A DNA stretch of 64,000 nt, taken from positions 172,980,001 through 173,044,000 of the forward strand of contig NC_135880.1 in NCBI RefSeq assembly GCF_964194155.1, in the 5' to 3' direction. The position numbers and the translations under genes were made by a program. Shown here in pieces: positions 62,180-64,000 of this stretch (within the stretch, counting starts at the first letter, position 1; every line of letters starts with the position of its first letter). The stretch is from Cetorhinus maximus. Lineage: Eukaryota. The notes below the pieces were generated by a model. The model did not search any database. It had not been told where the DNA came from and saw only the letters and a list, made by a program, of their open reading frames with translations.

Positions 62180-62490
62180 AAAAGAAAAAAATTTGTATTT
62201 TTACACCACCCTTCACAACCTCAGGACATCCAAAATGGTTTACAGTACTTTTGAAGCGCAAACATTGTTGCCCAGAAGGAAATCAGTAAAACTTGGGAAA
62301 TGACTGGTACTGGGATGAACCGATCTTGTAGACCTTAAAATGGAACTCCAGTTCAGACCAGTACCAGTCATTTCCCAAGTTTTACTGGTTTGCCCTTCTG
62401 GGAATGTAGGGAAACTCGGCAGCCATTTTGTGTATATAGCGAGCTGCCCCAAGCAGCAATGAGATAATGGCCAGGTAACCTTTTCTGAAA
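62180..62490 (-). mobile_element. Deu-domain SINE 3' part, interrupted by a hairpin element
   Basis: cctcaggacatccaaaa..tttacag..cttttgaag..|aatgtagggaaac..gcagcc..agcagcaatgagataatg matches the reverse complement of 45030-45190. Confidence 0.65.
62271..62402. mobile_element. 132-bp palindromic MITE-like insertion
   Basis: Perfect 30-bp inverted repeat (62284-62313 vs 62358-62387), extending to CCCAGAAGG/CCTTCTGGG termini. Confidence 0.85.
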
Positions 62491-63022
62491 AGGTTTTAAT
62501 GAACCATGCAACTTTAGTTGCATAAGCTCGACGGGCACTTGTGCAATAAGTTAAAAGTCCATCAGGCCCTGAATGGAGGTAATCAGAGCATGTCTCTCAA
62601 GGAAGCAATAATGAAGTTTGTATCAGGCAAATCAAAACTCTTCCAACATAGATTTCTCAGTAGCTCTTAATCACAAGGGGAAATGTTTTAACTATAAAAT
62701 GGATGCTATGCAATTAGCCACTCATTCAATTATCCTTTCCTTTTTGGTCTTTTGGCATAAGAAGAGCAGGTTAGAGTCTAGGAATGCTGCAGCGAGTAAC
62801 TCACCTCCTGACTCCCCAAAGCCTGCCCACCATCCACAAGGCACAGGTCAGGAGTGTGATGGAATGCTCCCCACTTGCCTGGATGAGTGCAGCTCCAATA
62901 GCACTCAAGAAACTTGACACCTTCCAGGACAAAGCAGCCCGCTTGATTGGTACCCCATCCACAAACATTCACTCCCTCCACCACTGATACACAGTGGCAG
63001 CAGTGTGTACCATCTACAATAT

Positions 63023-63343
63023 TGTGGATCCTGTATCCTGGTTTGTAGGACTAAAGGACCTGGGATGCACGCTTGGTTCGGAGTGACCAAGTTGACCAAG
63101 TACCAAGACAGAGAAGATCTGTAGACCGTTCTTAGAAGAAACACATTCTGTTTATTTACAAAAGGAACTCAGCAGCTACACTAGTGTGCTTACAACCCAA
63201 AACTCTGTTTTCACTCTTCAGACTCTAACTCAAGACTGCTCTACAGAGATAGCCCGCGTTACTCTGCTATTTGGTATCAAGATCATGTGATCTTACATTA
63301 CAACCTTATGTTTTAAAGGTATATTACACACCAGGTTGCTACA
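63023..63343 (-). mobile_element. Gypsy solo LTR with 5-bp TSD AATAT
   Basis: TG...CA termini with AATAT at 63018-63022 and 63344-63348. Similar to the LTR at 1099-1360 (gtttatttaca, actcagcagc, gatcatgtgatct, taaaggta.attacaca). Confidence 0.9.
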
Positions 63344-63496
63344 AATATGCAGTACAGGAACTCACCAAGGCTCCTTAGACAGCACCTTCCAAACCAATGA
63401 CCACTATCATCAAGAAGGACAAGGGCAGCAGATAGATGGGAACACCACCACCTGGAAGCTCCTCTCTAGGTCACTCACCATCCTGACTTGGAAATA

Positions 63497-63715
63497 AAAA
63501 CAAAAATACCTGGAAAAACTCAGCAGGTCTGGCAGCATCTGTGGAGAGGGACACAGGAAATTTCTCTTCTATTTTTACTTAGTTCTGTTGAAGGGTCATT
63601 CGGACTTGAAACGTTAACTGTGTCCCTCTCGGCAGTGCTGCCAGACCTGCTGAGTTTTTCCAGGTATTTTTGTTTTTGTTTTGGATTTCCAGCATCCGCA
63701 GTTTTTTGTTTTTCT
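63497..63715 (+). mobile_element. Fold-back Penelope mini-insertion with 14-bp TSD
   Basis: TSD CTGACTTGGAAATA at 63483-63496 and 63716-63729. Inverted arms aaaaatacctggaaaaactcagcaggtctggcagca / tgctgccagacctgctgagtttttccaggtattttt. Confidence 0.92.
63581..63620 (+). ncRNA. Minimal hammerhead-ribozyme-like motif
   Basis: AGTT CTGTTGA A GGGTC-ATTCG-GACTT GAAA CG TT AACT. Helix I is AGTT/AACT, helix II has G-U pairs, and the AACGTT palindrome is present. Confidence 0.65.
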
Positions 63716-64000
63716 CTGACTTGGAAATATATTGCCATTCCTTCACTGTCACTGGTCAAAATCCTGGAACTCCCTCCCTAACAGCACTGTGGGTGTATCT
63801 ACACCACATGGACTGCAGCAGTTCAAGAAGGCGGCTCACCACCAACTTCTCAAGGGCAAGTAGGGATGGACAATAAATGCTGGCCTAGCCAGCAGTGCCC
63901 ACATTTCATGAATGAATAAAAAATATGCATTTTGATTATGGCTTTAGGACATCAAAAAGTGATTTACAGCCAGTTAAGTACTTTGTTAAAGTATTGTAAC

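Larger units (their letters stand above)
62780..63923 (+). mobile_element. CR1/L2-group LINE 3' end carrying two younger insertions
   Basis: RVTHLLTPQSLPTIHKAQVRSVME motif. Collinear with 35935-36512 once the LTR and Penelope inserts are removed. Confidence 0.9.

Overview
This window is eukaryotic, repeat-dense vertebrate DNA. The repeat repertoire looks like a cartilaginous fish (shark): CR1/HER1-like and L2 LINEs, Deu-domain SINEs, Penelope elements, Gypsy LTRs and PIF/Harbinger transposons. The taxon is an inference. I could not recognise any intact host protein-coding gene, RNA gene or CRISPR array; nearly all recognisable ORFs are decayed transposon proteins. Main contents: (1) a ~1.94-kb tandem duplication carrying a Gypsy LTR/PBS/gag with an ERV-like LTR inside its leader; (2) a four-layer nested insertion (LINE > LTR > MITE > two-gene Harbinger) at 8.4-17.9 kb; (3) two near full-length Harbinger elements (DDE transposase plus convergent Myb/SANT-like gene), three Myb-only relics and at least six related MITEs with conserved internal palindromes; (4) Penelope insertions with inverted pseudo-LTRs carrying minimal hammerhead-ribozyme-like motifs with a variant core; (5) several solo LTRs with target-site duplications (TSDs); (6) a 20-bp satellite with 80-bp higher-order periodicity; (7) TE-free islands that may be enhancers, plus a candidate promoter/first exon near 61.6-61.9 kb. 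All family assignments come from motif recognition by eye, not database searches. Boundaries without a TSD are approximate.
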